From Lingula anatina (lineage: Eukaryota > Animalia > Brachiopoda), in NCBI GenBank assembly GCA_051362555.1, contig CM120647.1, forward strand, positions 868,001 through 932,000: a DNA stretch of 64,000 bases. The letters run 5' to 3'. The notes under the pieces were generated by a model that worked only from the letters and a program-made list of their open reading frames with translations, was not told the origin of the DNA and searched no databases. Shown here one piece after another: positions 1 through 35,684 of this stretch. Every line of letters starts with the position of its first letter. Position 1 is the stretch's first letter. A program made the translations under genes and the position numbers.

Positions 1-21
1 GTGTTTTTAATACTTTCCCAG

Positions 22-122
22 ATCTCACCCAGTTAGAAAACGACAGCGAGGAGGCTCTCCTGAGGAGGTTAATAGCTGAACTGGAGGAGGTACAGGCAGG
101 AGAAGAGTTACAAGGTACACTT

Positions 123-173
<51 letters not shown>

Positions 174-3100
174 TGGATGGGAAGAGGTGAAGACGGGAGA
201 AGAGCTATATAGAGTAGGTTTGCTTTTTTATATTAAGGCAATAGATAGACAAACTGTAAATTATGATTCATATGGAAACCATGCATCACAAACCAATCAC
301 TCGAAAGTTTTCCATATTTAAATGGTTTTGGTTAATTTTGCATTTTTTAAAAATTAAATGCTAATCTGATTTGAATCGCACACAAACATTAGGCCCTACT
401 ATGCCTACGGTATCTTTTTTCAACACACTTTTATATCCGTATGCACACTCCCGCCCTCTATAGGCCATTGTGAAAACTATCTCAACATCTGATTTCAGCA
501 CTTTCAAGGGGGGTTGGCAATACTGATGCTAAAACCGAAAATAAAGAGACCGACGAAGATATGTTACATAAACTTAAGGCACAAACAGACCGTGACAAGG
601 ACAAATACCGTCACCAAAAAGCGGCCACAACAACCACTGATTCAACTTCAGCCACGACGGAAACTCCCATGTCGACCACTTCAACAACTACATCACCGCC
701 TGTTACAACAATTACAACGACAACATCAACGGCGACATCATCAGCAACAACAGCAACAACAAAGCCAAAGACCTCGTCAACAATATCATCAGCAGCTCCA
801 TCAGCATCAACAACCACCTTGTATCCCACCGCCGCCACCAGAGTAACACCTCCATTCACATCCACTGCTCGCTCTCCCGATGACTTTGACATGGTCATCT
901 CCATAATGGAGCTGGTCAGAAAATGGCGGAAGGCTGGTCTGCTCGCACCACTGGCACCGAACGCTAAAAGCATAGATAAACCGACAGAAGTTTCGCCGCA
1001 CGCCAACAAATATGCCGAAAGTAGCAAGAGCAGCGAAGCTGATGTGACTGAAGCAGCAACGGATGTCCCTTCGACATCTTCAACAAATCTTCCTCCAACT
1101 TCTACCAAGTTACCTTCCACAGCCATGGCCGCCACAACCACTGAGCAGACGACAGTAACTATGGAAACTGCCTCAACGATAGATGTAACTACTCCAGCTG
1201 AAACAACAGATGGCGCTTCGGCTAACCTGAGCAAAAAGTCAGAGTCAGATGTCTTGTTAGAACTGGCAGAAACATCTGGCAAAGAGCACAATTCTAAGAG
1301 TGAATCGCCTGAAGACGACAGTGAAAAGACCAATAAGGACAAAGAAAAAAGACTGCTTCTTCGTCTTCTTATTAAAAAGCTGAATAATGCTGGCAAGACA
1401 CGGGAAGAATGTAAGTTTTTAGTTGTTTTTCCTTTTATTAATTCACATTAAAATGATAGGAAGTACAATATATTGACGTCTCATCTGAAGTAAAAATATG
1501 ATTGACATCTAGCACAACTGTAGAATGAGATAAAATGCCTGACAATGAAAAAAAAAATTAGCCCACCTTACTGTCGGACTCAGTTTGAGGGAGCAAACAC
1601 AGGCAGAGGGGGCAAGAACTGCAGCGCATAGGCGGAAAGATTTTGTTAAACACATTGTATTTCTATTTATTAGAACTTCCAGATGTATACTAATACTAGT
1701 AACATCGATTGTCTGCTACACTATAATCTTTATTAATGGAATATATATACTGTATTGTCAGTGGAAGACAAATTAAACATAATTGAACATGAAGCATAAT
1801 TCAATTTTGATAATATTTCAGTGGTGTGGCCTCACGGAAACTGGGGACTGCCTCGTCTTGGCAACCAGCGCTGCCCTGGCGAGTCCCCCGTCTGGAGTAT
1901 GGGCACAAGGTAAGTCTGTCTGTCTGTCTGCTCGTCTGTCTGTTTGTCTGTCTGTCCGTCCATATGTCTGTCTGATTGTCTGTCCGTTTGTCTGTCTGAC
2001 TGTCTGGCTGTCTGCCTTTCTTGTGGTCATCTTGTCTTTGTGCCTCCACACAACTTTTTTTCTCTCAGAAACGCCCATATAGTCAACCATAAACATTTAT
2101 GTAGACAGAGATAAACTTAGTTTAGTAACATCTTTTATGGTCTTATGTTTTCAGTGATGTTAAAACAAAGGACAAACGTACATTCTTTCTCTTCAATTTA
2201 TTGCAGTTTACATATCCGGACACACGTACACCTAAAGTATCTCCAATCCCTTCCAGTTTAAATATATACATCAATTACACGCCATTATAATAGCTAATGA
2301 ATGCTTTCGGGACTTAACGCGTCCTATAGTATTGTTTGTATGAAACCCTCATAATTCATGTGGTGTTAACATTAAGACCCCATTCCCAGAGATAAGATCG
2401 ATCCAACTAGATCGACCTAACTCCCTGGGGGTTCACGCTAAATAGCTGTCAGCCGAGCGGGCACGAAAGTTAATTACCCCCTTACAGCTTGTAGAAGGCG
2501 GGACGGACATTTAAACCGGATTATCTGACAGAAATCTAGTGAGAATCCCGGCGGGGATAGATCGATCTAAAATTTATGGGAATGCACCCTAATTTTCATA
2601 CCGTTTTACTTCAGGACGCAGGATACAGAGAACGACATGCCGGGCAACAAGATGTCCCTAGCGTACCCATCTATGGTAGGCGGGAACCCTGGGAAGAGCG
2701 TGATGACGCAATCCTTCTGCATGAAGTCTGACGTCACAGATGACGGTGACCCTGTCACGTGGCCCGCTGGCGAATACTGTATTTATAGGTACAAGGGATC
2801 ATGTCCTAAAGGTTGGTAATAAAAGATGGCGCTTTTTGCCTTGGTACTTGTTTAAGAAGGAATTGGTGTGTGCTATATTTGCTCTTTTATATAGGGATGA
2901 AAACAAAGTTAAAAAGATATGTCCTATGGATCAACTCTTTTATTCACATATAAATGTAATATTATAATTACCAACATGTAAAAATATCTAAATTAACTCT
3001 CATATTCTCAAATTCTTGCAGACTTTGACGTCGGATTCATCCAATGGGACGATGAAAACACCAACAACAAAAACAGCCGATCTGGAGAACTTCCAGACGG

Positions 3101-3386
3101 TATATACGGGACAAACACCCAGATCGAGTTCTGCTGCCGGACTGACGGCAAATGGTCTGATGACGTCACTCTTCCGACAGCAGAACCCTTCCTCCTTTTA
3201 CAGAAGAACCCCACGGACTGTCAGCGGGTAGCAGGCATGGATGCGAGCCAGACGTGGTTTCAGTGGGACACGGAAGACGAGACGCGGGGCGCCAGCTCAG
3301 CGGGATCTGTCCCTTATAACGGAGTCACGAAGGACAGGGAGGTTAAGCTTCACTACTGCACTTATTTTCCTTCTAAGCGTCGATGA
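22..3386 (+). CDS. Apextrin-like protein: mucin-like Ser/Thr-rich region plus C-terminal ApeC domain (5' end outside window)
   Basis: GT-AG exons 22-114, 499-1410, 1822-1909, 2615-2811, 3022-3386(TGA) join in frame (intron phases 1,1,2,1). The last three exons read VWPHGNWGLPRLGNQRCP...GTRTQDTEND...QSFCMK...WPAGEYCIYRYKGSCPKDFDVGFIQWDDENTNNKN...GELPDGIYGTNTQIEFCCRTDG...LPTAEPFLL...CQRVAGM...FQWDTED...GSVP...LHYCTY, the typical ApeC pattern with 8 Cys and three DxE(D/N) motifs. AATAAA at ~3698. Confidence 0.9.
2376..2589 (+). mobile_element. MITE family A (PIF/Harbinger-like), copy 1, in ApeC gene intron
   Basis: Imperfect TIRs gaccccattcccagagataagatcgatc ... gatcgatctaaaatttatgggaatgcaccc, flanked by TAA on both sides. 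Homologous to 26454-26675, 33557-33771 and 54580-54700. Confidence 0.75.
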
Positions 3387-5086
3387 TCTCATTTCGACCC
3401 TTTTTTCTACAAAATGCTCATTTCTTTTATTAATCTTTAAAAATGGTCTTGTTTTCATTTACTCGCGCGTGCAGCATCGTTTTTTTCACAATAATAGCGT
3501 TAGTTCTGAAAAAAAGGTCCTTATAATCTTAAATGAACTGGAAATTGGTTCGAATATTACGAAACTTCACGGTATGTAGGCGTCTTGATCAACAGAGGTC
3601 GTGCATCAGCGCCACAAATCAAAACTTAGTATCGATCTGCCATAGATTGAAACAGTAAACAAATTTCATCAAAATTTTCCTGGTTAATATAGATTTTAAT
3701 AAATAAATTAGTTAATTGATAATAAGAATATAAATGGTGGTGTGAAAGGAATGACAGTCTGCTAGGAACCGTAGAGACGGTTTCACTTTACTTATGTAGG
3801 CGACTTTCGCCTTGTACATTTGTATTTAGCCGGATAGTACCGGTCTACCCTTTTAATCGTATGAGATCCCAGACTTAAATTCTATTCCTGGGACTAGCAT
3901 TCCCTCCACACCGCGTAGTTTGTTTTGTTATTACCGCGCAAACCCGAAAAATATACATTCTATTTTCTATTGGAAAAGTACGACATATTGGAATAATGCC
4001 GTGACGGTAGTTAGCATCGAGTATTTTTAGATAAGTGATGCCTGTGCCGGGAAAAGTGCTAATATTAGATGTTCTGTAAGGCCATACTTCAGCCTATAGC
4101 TATTTTAAACCATGGCCAGTCACTCTAGTAAATCAACCTTTTCAAGTTTCAAGAGCGTGATAGTATATAAGTTATTCTCGCGTTTAAATATCGACTTACC
4201 TCAGATTTTTTAATGTTTTATAATGATCATATTATTACCAAGTGTGTAAAATCTTAATGCATCTGTATGTAAGCACAAGGTCTTTTGATAATGTGGAAGA
4301 GGTCCTTCTTAGTTTAAGGTAAAAGCGGCGAATTGTTGTCAGAAAATGCTCCCTGTCATCGGTTCCCCCTGGTGCTACATGTGTTTACATTACTTTTTGT
4401 GCTAGAGTCGAAATATACAAGATACTTCAGTATTCTGCTCAATTCTCGCCCGTCAACAGGGGTGTATTGTTTAACATGTTCACGTTCTAGGAACTGCGAT
4501 ACGTATAGTCACACCGTTATCAACAGCGAGATATCTCGCTTTTCAGTGGTGAGATATCTCGCTTTTAAGCATCGTTTTTGTCAATGAGAGGTGATATAAT
4601 CCGCATATTGCTTATTTTTTGCATTTTTATCTTAAAGACGTACGTTAACAAATATATGTTTTGCTACTCACAGCTATCAAACGATATGTAGAGAAAATCC
4701 GTAATATTTTCATATAAACGATCAAAACTGGTAGTGGTAGGTCACGTCTGTAGGCTGGTTCCACAAGTTGTATTTTCTTGAACGTTTTATACTAAGTATA
4801 ATTCTACAGCAATATAATAAAGCATATTTCATAAACATGTACATGTATATATACAGCAATATAATAAAGCGTATTTCATATACATTTACGAATTAGTTCG
4901 TTTTTGCCACTGATCTCTGTGAAAATAAACATTTAATGTGCATGAAGTCAATTTTTTTTATGATTACCAAAAAGGTTCATTAGCTTGGTAGCTGGATCAT
5001 ATATTATAATTATCAAACACAAACTGAAAATATTCTTCCTGTCCTTAGCTATACCATCTAGCGGTCAGTGAGTAAGAAGTCACGTC

Positions 5087-5269
5087 TGTTAAGATACTTC
5101 ATGGTATATTACCACTTCATGGGATAAATGCCCCAATTTTACTGACAAATCCCATGAAGTGGTAATATAAATATCGCAAAGTCCTTATGTTTTAACCAAT
5201 GATGTCGCCTTCTATCAAGTAGTAATACTTATCCCATGAAGTGGTAATATACTGTGAATTAACTTAACA
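5087..5269. mobile_element. Small foldback/MITE remnant
   Basis: ~41-bp imperfect inverted termini (tgttaag...tatattaccacttcatgggataa / ttatcccatgaagtggtaatata...cttaaca) with an extra internal copy of the right arm at ~5149-5169. Confidence 0.6.
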
Positions 5270-5615
5270 CGCGTCAGTCTGATAAAGTCCAGCGTCCAGT
5301 TTGGCCGCAAGCTAAAGGTATGGAGATATTTTCAGCTTGAGAGAAATAATTATCAGATACGAGTTAGCTTTGTTTATAGTCCTATTATTTCAGTTTCTCC
5401 TCTCATACCTGTACCAAGACTGCATAAATTCACTGGAAGCTTCTACTTTGTAAATGTGGCCATGAGCCCCGTGTTTTAATCTTTGTATCGATACTATGAT
5501 ATTTTTCATTCCTTTTTTAAACATTGGAACAATAATTTAACGAAAATTACCGTCATCCAATCTTTCCCTCAACATGTTAATTAGCCAGAAAACACGTGTT
5601 TTTTGTAATTTCAAA

Positions 5616-5621
5616 TTTATT
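5616..5621 (-). promoter_or_regulatory. Candidate distal polyadenylation signal (AATAAA) of the SRCR/LDLa gene
   Basis: tttatt on +, about 2.5 kb past the stop codon at 8115. A more proximal AATAAA lies at 7374-7379. Usage is not shown. Confidence 0.35.
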
Positions 5622-8061
5622 CAAAGCGTGTACTGGTAATCCAAAAAGTTACCATCAAAAGCTCCTTTCATCCATTTATATACAGCTACTGATTCTAATA
5701 TTCACTGCTACTATTTACAATCCTCAGTTCCTCAAAAATTCCAGAAAACCGTAACAATACGATGTCTGCATCTATCTACAATATCTTTACATTAATATGT
5801 TTACGTCTCGTGAGCAGTTTTAATCGTCATAGCACTGACTGTAATTAAGAGCTTGCGTAGCGTCCCCAAATTTCGTGGATTCTCATTCGAACGCCCTCTC
5901 TCTTTCACAACCAGGGTATATACAGTATATTAACATACGCTAATATAGAACTGACGCCCCCTCCTAGGCGAAAATGCACTGCTACAACTCATTTTCTATC
6001 TTACAATGTATAACAAACACGTGAACTTTAGTACAGACAAAACCACTAGTTGGACCGAAATCGGTGTAACAGCCGCCATGGCACGGGGCCGTTACCAGGC
6101 TGCCATAGGACGGCAGTTGGGCCGATTCCAGTCCAATACCTCCTCATTTACAACATATGTGTTATGTGATGAAATGGCAGCATTCTGAAGAGGTCGATTT
6201 GAGCACCGGTATGTAAATAATAATAATAATAATAATGGAACTGCATTTTAATTACAAGACGGCAAAAGGTAGTATTTACAGTTTATCAACATTTTCAAGC
6301 CAAGTTTCAGATCTCCACAAGCGAAGTGCTGAGATATATTGGAACCAGTCTTTCTGTCATAAAAAGTTGCAAAAATCAAGTCTTCAAAACAGGTCTCGTC
6401 CTATTCGAAACGTCACTACATGACGTAACATTTGGTGTTTGGCGCCTATATTTAAACTGTATACTGCAGCACCTGGGTTTACAGGCTGACATTAAATTAC
6501 CGTCAACTTTTCTAACAGACCCAGGAACAATGTTACACGTACACCGCAGTTTTAGAGTTCACTGCTACACACCTTCATTTTTTCATGAAAACCTTCAGCC
6601 TTGGTTAATATAACTGTGCCTACATATACTACTGTCTACATATATATATATATATATAGCTATGTATATACTTTATACATTCATATTTTTCAAAAGAAAT
6701 GAACTGTTAATATCTGCATATCATTAAAATGTAAATAAAGTTGTGTTACAAAAACTATGTCAGACTTCAATGTACATCTTACTGGAACATGCACTTGTAT
6801 GTCGTTACTAACCTCAAATGTTCAAACTTTCTTCAGACTTTAGGCTCTAACTTTATACATATTTCCATATAATTTTATGACCATGTGAAGACTACAATGG
6901 CCCCACTCTGCCTCTAGCAAGCAAGGCATTTTAACAAACTTGTTACAACCAAACTCCCGGCATTTTATCATATCCACCCTCAGTTTCCAAGTGAATCTCT
7001 CTCACCGCACAAATATGAACATACTACATGTAACACCTTTCAATCACATCTCGGCTTTTTCAGTCACTCTCCCAGCTAACCCTGCTCATCATGAATTCTA
7101 ACAAATAGAAGAACAAGCTAGCGTTAAGTAATCTATCCAAGTTTTTTCCAAAGACCAATGTAATGGTTGTAAAGTTAAGAGTGGCCCTACACGTCACTCT
7201 GTTTTTTTTCTTCAACAATATTTTTCTCCTACTTATCTTTGTACCACAGAAAGAATACCATAAGGATATTGTGACCTGGGAAATAGACGTGCAATTTGAG
7301 CACAATATTTACAGCTCTGCTCATACTAGACCTTCTAAAAGTCAATGTATGCACTGCAATATATGAACACGTCTTTATTGTGACATCTTCATAAACTTTC
7401 TTTATCTGCCTTACATGAATAACAGGTTTTTTGCAACTTTCAAAAATATTTTGATATATAATAAACTGCAAATTAATTGTCTCGTAAAATGTTTTACACC
7501 TTGGAAGTATACTGTACCTACATCATAATCAACTGCAAGTGAATTCCTTAAAATGTCCAATGTCTGCCGAGCAAGTAAGATTATAATAACATGTACCTTG
7601 TATACACCATTGGCTCACTCATGCAGTTGGCTAGCAACGATCTCCATACAACGTTCAGTTAAATACAAATGGCCGCCACCACTAACACGACTCTTAAGGC
7701 AGCGCAGCTGACAGTTTTAAGCTCAATAAATGCAAAAAAAAAAAAAAAAAAAAAAATCATAATCTGTATTGTGACAATAACACTGTACCCACCATAATAC
7801 AATTATTTGCTTCTTAACACAATCTCATCCTAGTAATGAACGTTTAGTAAAAACTTTAAAAATTCTGTCACTTAAATATTAATTAACTTTTTTAAAATGT
7901 TGGAATCAGACACGACCATATTGGATGTCAATCTTTCCAAAATTATCAAGAGGCTCATTTTCAAGTTTGACGAGATTTTCAAAGTTCAAAAAAATTATAT
8001 TGCAGAGAATCGTCTTCCTACAAAGACCAACTTACTAAATTTCTAAGTATTTACTGTAAAT

Positions 8062-8097
<36 letters not shown>

Positions 8098-8114
8098 ACA
8101 GGTGTCCTAATATT

Positions 8115-30074
<21,960 letters not shown>

Positions 30075-32699
30075 GGCCGAGTCGTCTAATGACGGATCAT
30101 AACAAGGGTTGTCAATCTGAAATAATAAATTAGGTAAATATTAATAAGAATTAACAACATGCAGTGGTAATAATATGTTACCCTATGGGGTGTAGTTTTA
30201 TTTCTCAGGGTGAGAGCTCTCACTCTAATTTCCCCTCCTTTCTCCCTGATATCATTAACATCATCATCATCATCTTCTTCATATTAATAAAAACAATAAT
30301 AATAATAATAATAATAATGAAAATAATAATAATTACTTAAATAATTATTATAATTAATTTATTAGTGCATTATCAGTATTATTTTTAATTTCATACACCT
30401 TTAACACACAAAGCGTCTCTGCAGTAGTTGGCAGCAGTTGCCTCACATCTTTCTGTGCTGCGATCAAATGTATAGTTTTTATCAAATATTGTTTTTTCAG
30501 CTTCAACAGTGCTGGCAAGCAGACAGAATCAATGTATAAGATACGGCACCCAAGGAAAAATCTTCTGATCGAGAACCCACAAACAAGAATTTTATGGACG
30601 AATTAGGAACGCGCGCAACATAATGCACGACAGAGGTAATACACCATATTATTACACAGTGTCTTCACACAGACATGTTTGTCTTTTTTTAATGGAAGAC
30701 AAGTTGGATTTTGAAGCGGGTCCTTATTGGTGGGAAACGTCTCAGAGACTAGGAACACATCCCTGTTTTTATTGGTCAGCTTACAGCTGTCACATTTCAC
30801 CAAATATAGACATAAATACATGTATATTGTCCCAAAGCCAGAGCTTAAGTGGGGAGGCACAAGTTGACGGCATCCCCTGAGAAGGTTTGGGGGGGTGGTA
30901 TGGGGGGGTGGGGGGGGGGGGGTTGATCCAATCCTGCGGGAACAGACTTAGCGTTTAAAGGTACATACGAACCGAGCATCGGTGGAGTGTGGATTCCCAG
31001 TAACACATGTAAACCACTTCTACTAGATTCTTATATGACTCAAATAATTTCGACATGCCAAGGGATAAACTGAATAGATCACTCGATCGGCCATAAAAGA
31101 CCTTTAGACTGCTCCTTTCTTTAAATTTATGGTTGTAAATTTAACCTACTTCCGTGACCTACTTTCCTGCCCCATTGACATACAGCTTAGAATACCAGCA
31201 GAAAAATCTGTTCAAACATCACTTTGGGGTAAAATTAAACAATGCCTTTTGGTAATTCTCTTAGTTATACTACTTGTAACTATATGCTGGCATTTGGTTG
31301 GTTTTTGTGACAAAAAATTGACTTTGTATGCATCTTTAAACAGAAACCGGAGAATAAATCCGCAATGCCAGTGTAACCTTTGCCTCAGCTTTGCCATGAG
31401 AGTGAACTTCATGACACTCATATGTTTACTGAAAGACCTTACTTCAACCTAGTAAAGCATGCCAGAAATATGCTTCTTATTTTCCCTCTCTCATATTTTT
31501 TAGCAGTAAGATGACTGTGAAGGGTGTTAACCGCGTGTTGTGCGTTATTGTCGGGTTAACTATGCATACAAGACGCAAGTTATCACCGACGCGTCTGTTC
31601 TAAAGGTGTGAGTTCCTCCAGGTACTTGAGTTCTGACCTCTGTGGAACCGCAAATATATTGGTAATGCAGTTTTATACCAGTGATATATATTTAGTTTGT
31701 GTAGATATTGATAACCCATGGAAATGTTTTGTCCTAATGGAGGGCTTGGGCAGGCGGATGAGTGGATATAGTGTTTATTTTCATTATAACACGATTTGAT
31801 TTTGCTTGCTTTGATACGTTTAACGTCCGTTAGACGTGTAAATCCAATGTCGACATCACAATTCTGCGTAAGTCTATATATCTCTTGACACAAGTTTTAA
31901 CCTATACGGCGCAGGTCTACGAGTTGGAGATGTAGTCTTCTTCATATTGTGACATTTTACAAATGGGGTTATCCACCGCAGACACTGTACTCAGTATCAG
32001 GTCAAGTCCTTTTTTTTTTTTTTTTAATCGGTGATGTTGTCAGAAATTTTATTTATTTTGAACATGCTGCCTCAGTCTGACTGAACATTTGGAGTAAACA
32101 GGAAGCGCAATCCATCACGCACACTCGCGTTGACGCCGTCATTTTTTGACATCGAAATTCTGTCACCATGGTAACGAAATTTTCTAGACAGACGCGCACG
32201 TACATTATTCAAAGTATATTGACGTGACCTCAGACAGTCCCCGGCGTCCGAGGACAATTCCTCGGCACCCTGAAGACCGCGGTTCACTGGACGACAAGAC
32301 AGCGGAGACAACCAACTGCACCCTGGAGAGTGAGGTCATTGTCGTTACTTCAGGGAGACGGTCACAGAGTGGAGCCAGTTCACAAGACAGGCTGCATCCA
32401 ACAGTGAACCACAGGGTACCTCACCTCGGTCAAGAGTTTCAGTCCTTGCTAGGAATTGTACTTAAACCGCTGATTTTACTGTTACCGACAGAGGCAAGTT
32501 TTTACTGTTACCAACAGAGGCAAGTTTTTACTGTTACCGACAGAGGCAAGCTATATATTTATTAAATATTAAAAATATTAAATATTAAATATTAAAAATA
32601 TTATATATTAAAAAGCTGACGTCAGAACTGTCGGTGTAAACCAGTGGTTTAAGACACAAATCAGACCAGATAACGGAGCCTTCAGTCTGTGTAGTATTC

Positions 32700-32807
32700 A
32701 CAGACTCAGGGTGAACTCCTAACTCGACAGACTCAGGGTGAACTCCTAACTCGACAGACTCAGGGTGAACTCCTAACTCTACAGACTCAAGGTGAACTCC
32801 TAACTCC
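32700..32807. repeat. 27-bp tandem repeat x4 (acagactcagggtgaactcctaactcg)
   Basis: Directly visible. It produces the SVELGVHPE repeats in ORF 32585-32911. Confidence 0.9.
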
Positions 32808-33556
32808 ACTGCCACAGATTGATAAGGACGTGTCGGGGCAATCACAGCAGCACTTGCTTTGAGGACACAGTCTTTACTGGCTGACAACATATTGGAACCG
32901 CCTCTACCCACTCAAGACCAGTTAAGACAAGGGGTATTTTGGACTGCAAGACAGACTAAATCGCGTCGTCAGAAAACAAGGCCAAGGAGACCCCAATAGT
33001 CTACAATGTGCCACAGAACCTGTTTGTATTCTCCTGATGGCAGTTATTCGGTCTAAGGTATTAGACTTGGTGCGAACAGGCATTGCCTATAAGGAAGTAA
33101 TAATACAGCCCATACTTTAATGTTACACGTACCCTGCACTTAACCTGCTTCCAAAATTAACGCTGATAAACAGATATTTACGTCCAAAAACAGCAAGGCC
33201 AGAATATAAACCGGATTTGAGGACAAGCGTGGAAATGAATTGCCGGACAAGTGAACATTACAAGCAATTCTAAAACGTATCAGATATGACTTACTATTGG
33301 GCGAAGTTGGCGATATCAATTATCAGCGATGTAAACTTGCTAAACTGAACAAAAAACAATGATATATGCGACCCTTACTGACCACAGTAGAATAAATTAC
33401 TTAAATGTTTAATCCACGTAATAAATATGTTTTTTATGGATAAAACTTTATGTATAAAATACATCTTAAACATGAAATAAATCAACACAAAAAAATTATT
33501 CCTGAATGTGTTGAAAAACAGCTGAAATTTGAGCTGAGGGGGAGGGCAGGCTCATA

Positions 33557-33771
33557 GGGCTTATTCCCAGAGCTTTTAGATCGATCTATCCCCGCGGGGA
33601 GTCTCACTAGATTACTGTCAGATAATCCGGCTTAAATGTCCGTCCCGCCTACTACAAGCTGTAAGGGGGTAATTAACTTTCGTGCCCGCTCGGCTGACAG
33701 CTATTTAGCGTGAACCCCTAGGGAGTTAGGTCGATCTAGAGTAGATCGATCTAATCTCTGGGAATGGGGTC
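33557..33771 (-). mobile_element. MITE family A, copy 3
   Basis: Close reverse complement of 2376-2589. Confidence 0.8.
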
Positions 33772-33950
33772 TTAGAATAGATAAAATCACGTAGCAAGAA
33801 ACTGGGCGTATTGTACTACAAACGATTCCAAGCTGCAGCCGTCCTTCATTGTATAGCGGGGGAGGACGTTATGATTAATACTTGGTCTTATCGATACAGG
33901 CGTTTCCAATTAAACAAGACGTTTTTAGATACAGACGTTTCCAATTAGAC

Positions 33951-34000
<50 letters not shown>

Positions 34001-35684
34001 AGATTTGGGGTGTTTTTAATCTTGGACACACTGTCAACTGAGGGGACTAGAGGGTTCGTGTTCGGCAGAGGCGAGCCGTGATCAGCCGTGTGCCAACTGG
34101 TTGCAAGAAGAAAAATAATTTAAAAGGAATAAAAGACTTCACAGTTATGAATTCAAAATGTGCACTCTTGATTGCAAATCCCTGTTTGTAATGCCAATTA
34201 CATTGCCTCAGTGATCCCGCTTGTTAAGTTAGTAAGTTAGGGCTTGAACGTCATAGTTTTTCAATTTTTTTTTTATTTCTTTTCATAATTCAATTCGATT
34301 TTATCTTATAGTGTTTATTATAAGGCGTATTGAGGTCTTTGTGGAATACACCATAGAGGAAATTATTTTACTGTGGTCTTAGAATATAGGTGAAACGGGA
34401 TGGCATAAAAATTACACGAGAAGAGTTCAATTTGGTCTCTTCTTGGAATGTCAGACCAGATCATGTTAAGTTAATACTGATGTGAACACACTCAGAGGAC
34501 GGGATCATTCATCGCCTCTCTGTACGTAGCTGACATTTGCTACAAACAGTCTTATGGTTCTAAAGAAACATGGTAACATGCCTTGAATACTCTCCACGGC
34601 AGTTATGTAATATTCAGAGCGTGTTCCATGCTGCGCCAAGACGTTGATATTCTTTACATTCCTCTTTGGGGTTTATAAATAAATAAATGAATGAATAAAT
34701 AAATAATTATAGCACGTGATTGCATCACAGACATTTTGGTAAGGCAGAGGAAAAAGTAGACAATGGTACCTCACACTGCACTCAAATATGAATAAAAAGG
34801 TCCACGATATTAAATGACGAAATATTAAGAAAATTCCCTGACCCCAGGGTATGTAACCTTGGAGACACCACTGTTTATAGTGGCGTGACGTAATATGTCT
34901 GCTCGGCTGTCGTCTGCGCAGTTGTAGCGACCGCCCATGTCAGCGAGGGACATTTCCCGTCTGCTTTTTCACTTCAGTAAAGAATCGGCTTTTATTCCAC
35001 AGAAAGCCTAAAATTGAATAATTATCCAAAAGTTATCTAATGAATTCAAAAGTGTATTACACGGTGAAGACTTTAAGTCAGAAAATACACATTTGCCGTC
35101 TGCTTGGCTTATGTCGTCTGTCATTTTTAGCGTCTGTTCTTTCTTTTTCATTCTCAGCTCAATTTGTTGTTCGCATAAAATTTTCCGAAAACAAACGACC
35201 GACAGCTGCCGGGTGGGTTAACAATAAAAATAACATGCTGGTGATGCAGAAAAACATTCTTACACGGGTTGACGCGTTCTCAGACGCAGAGACATGGTTA
35301 AATCTTGCAGACAGTAGAAACATCTAGAAATTTCTTTACAGCCCCTCCCAATGGTGCCCAAGACAGGCTCAGCACGCATCCAAGACAGGCTGAGCAGACT
35401 TTTACCTTCGTCTTATATAATACAGATGGCTCTGATTTGTAGGAAGGAGAAACAATCAATTGCTGAAAGCCACACCCCAACAGATGGTTTGGAAAGGTTG
35501 GCTGTGAAGCAGGGCTGGAGCCAGGAAGAAGTGGGGTGGGGGGGGGTGGGGGGTCTGCGTGTTGGAGGGGGGAGGGGGGTAGCCAGAAGGGGAGAGTGGG
35601 AAGAAGTGGGAGGCAGTCGTGACTTTCATTTAGCGAGAAAAAAACCAACTTAATGGCTACTATTTGAAATTTTAATTAAAATAT

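Noticed and set aside
611-1396. 261-aa antisense ORF and overlapping Gln-rich ORF 514-846
   Set aside because: Shadow frames of the Thr/Ser-rich exon 499-1410, which splices in frame to ApeC.
32585-32911. ORF with SVELGVHPE repeats
   Set aside because: Explained by a 27-bp tandem repeat; non-ATG start and no recognised homology.
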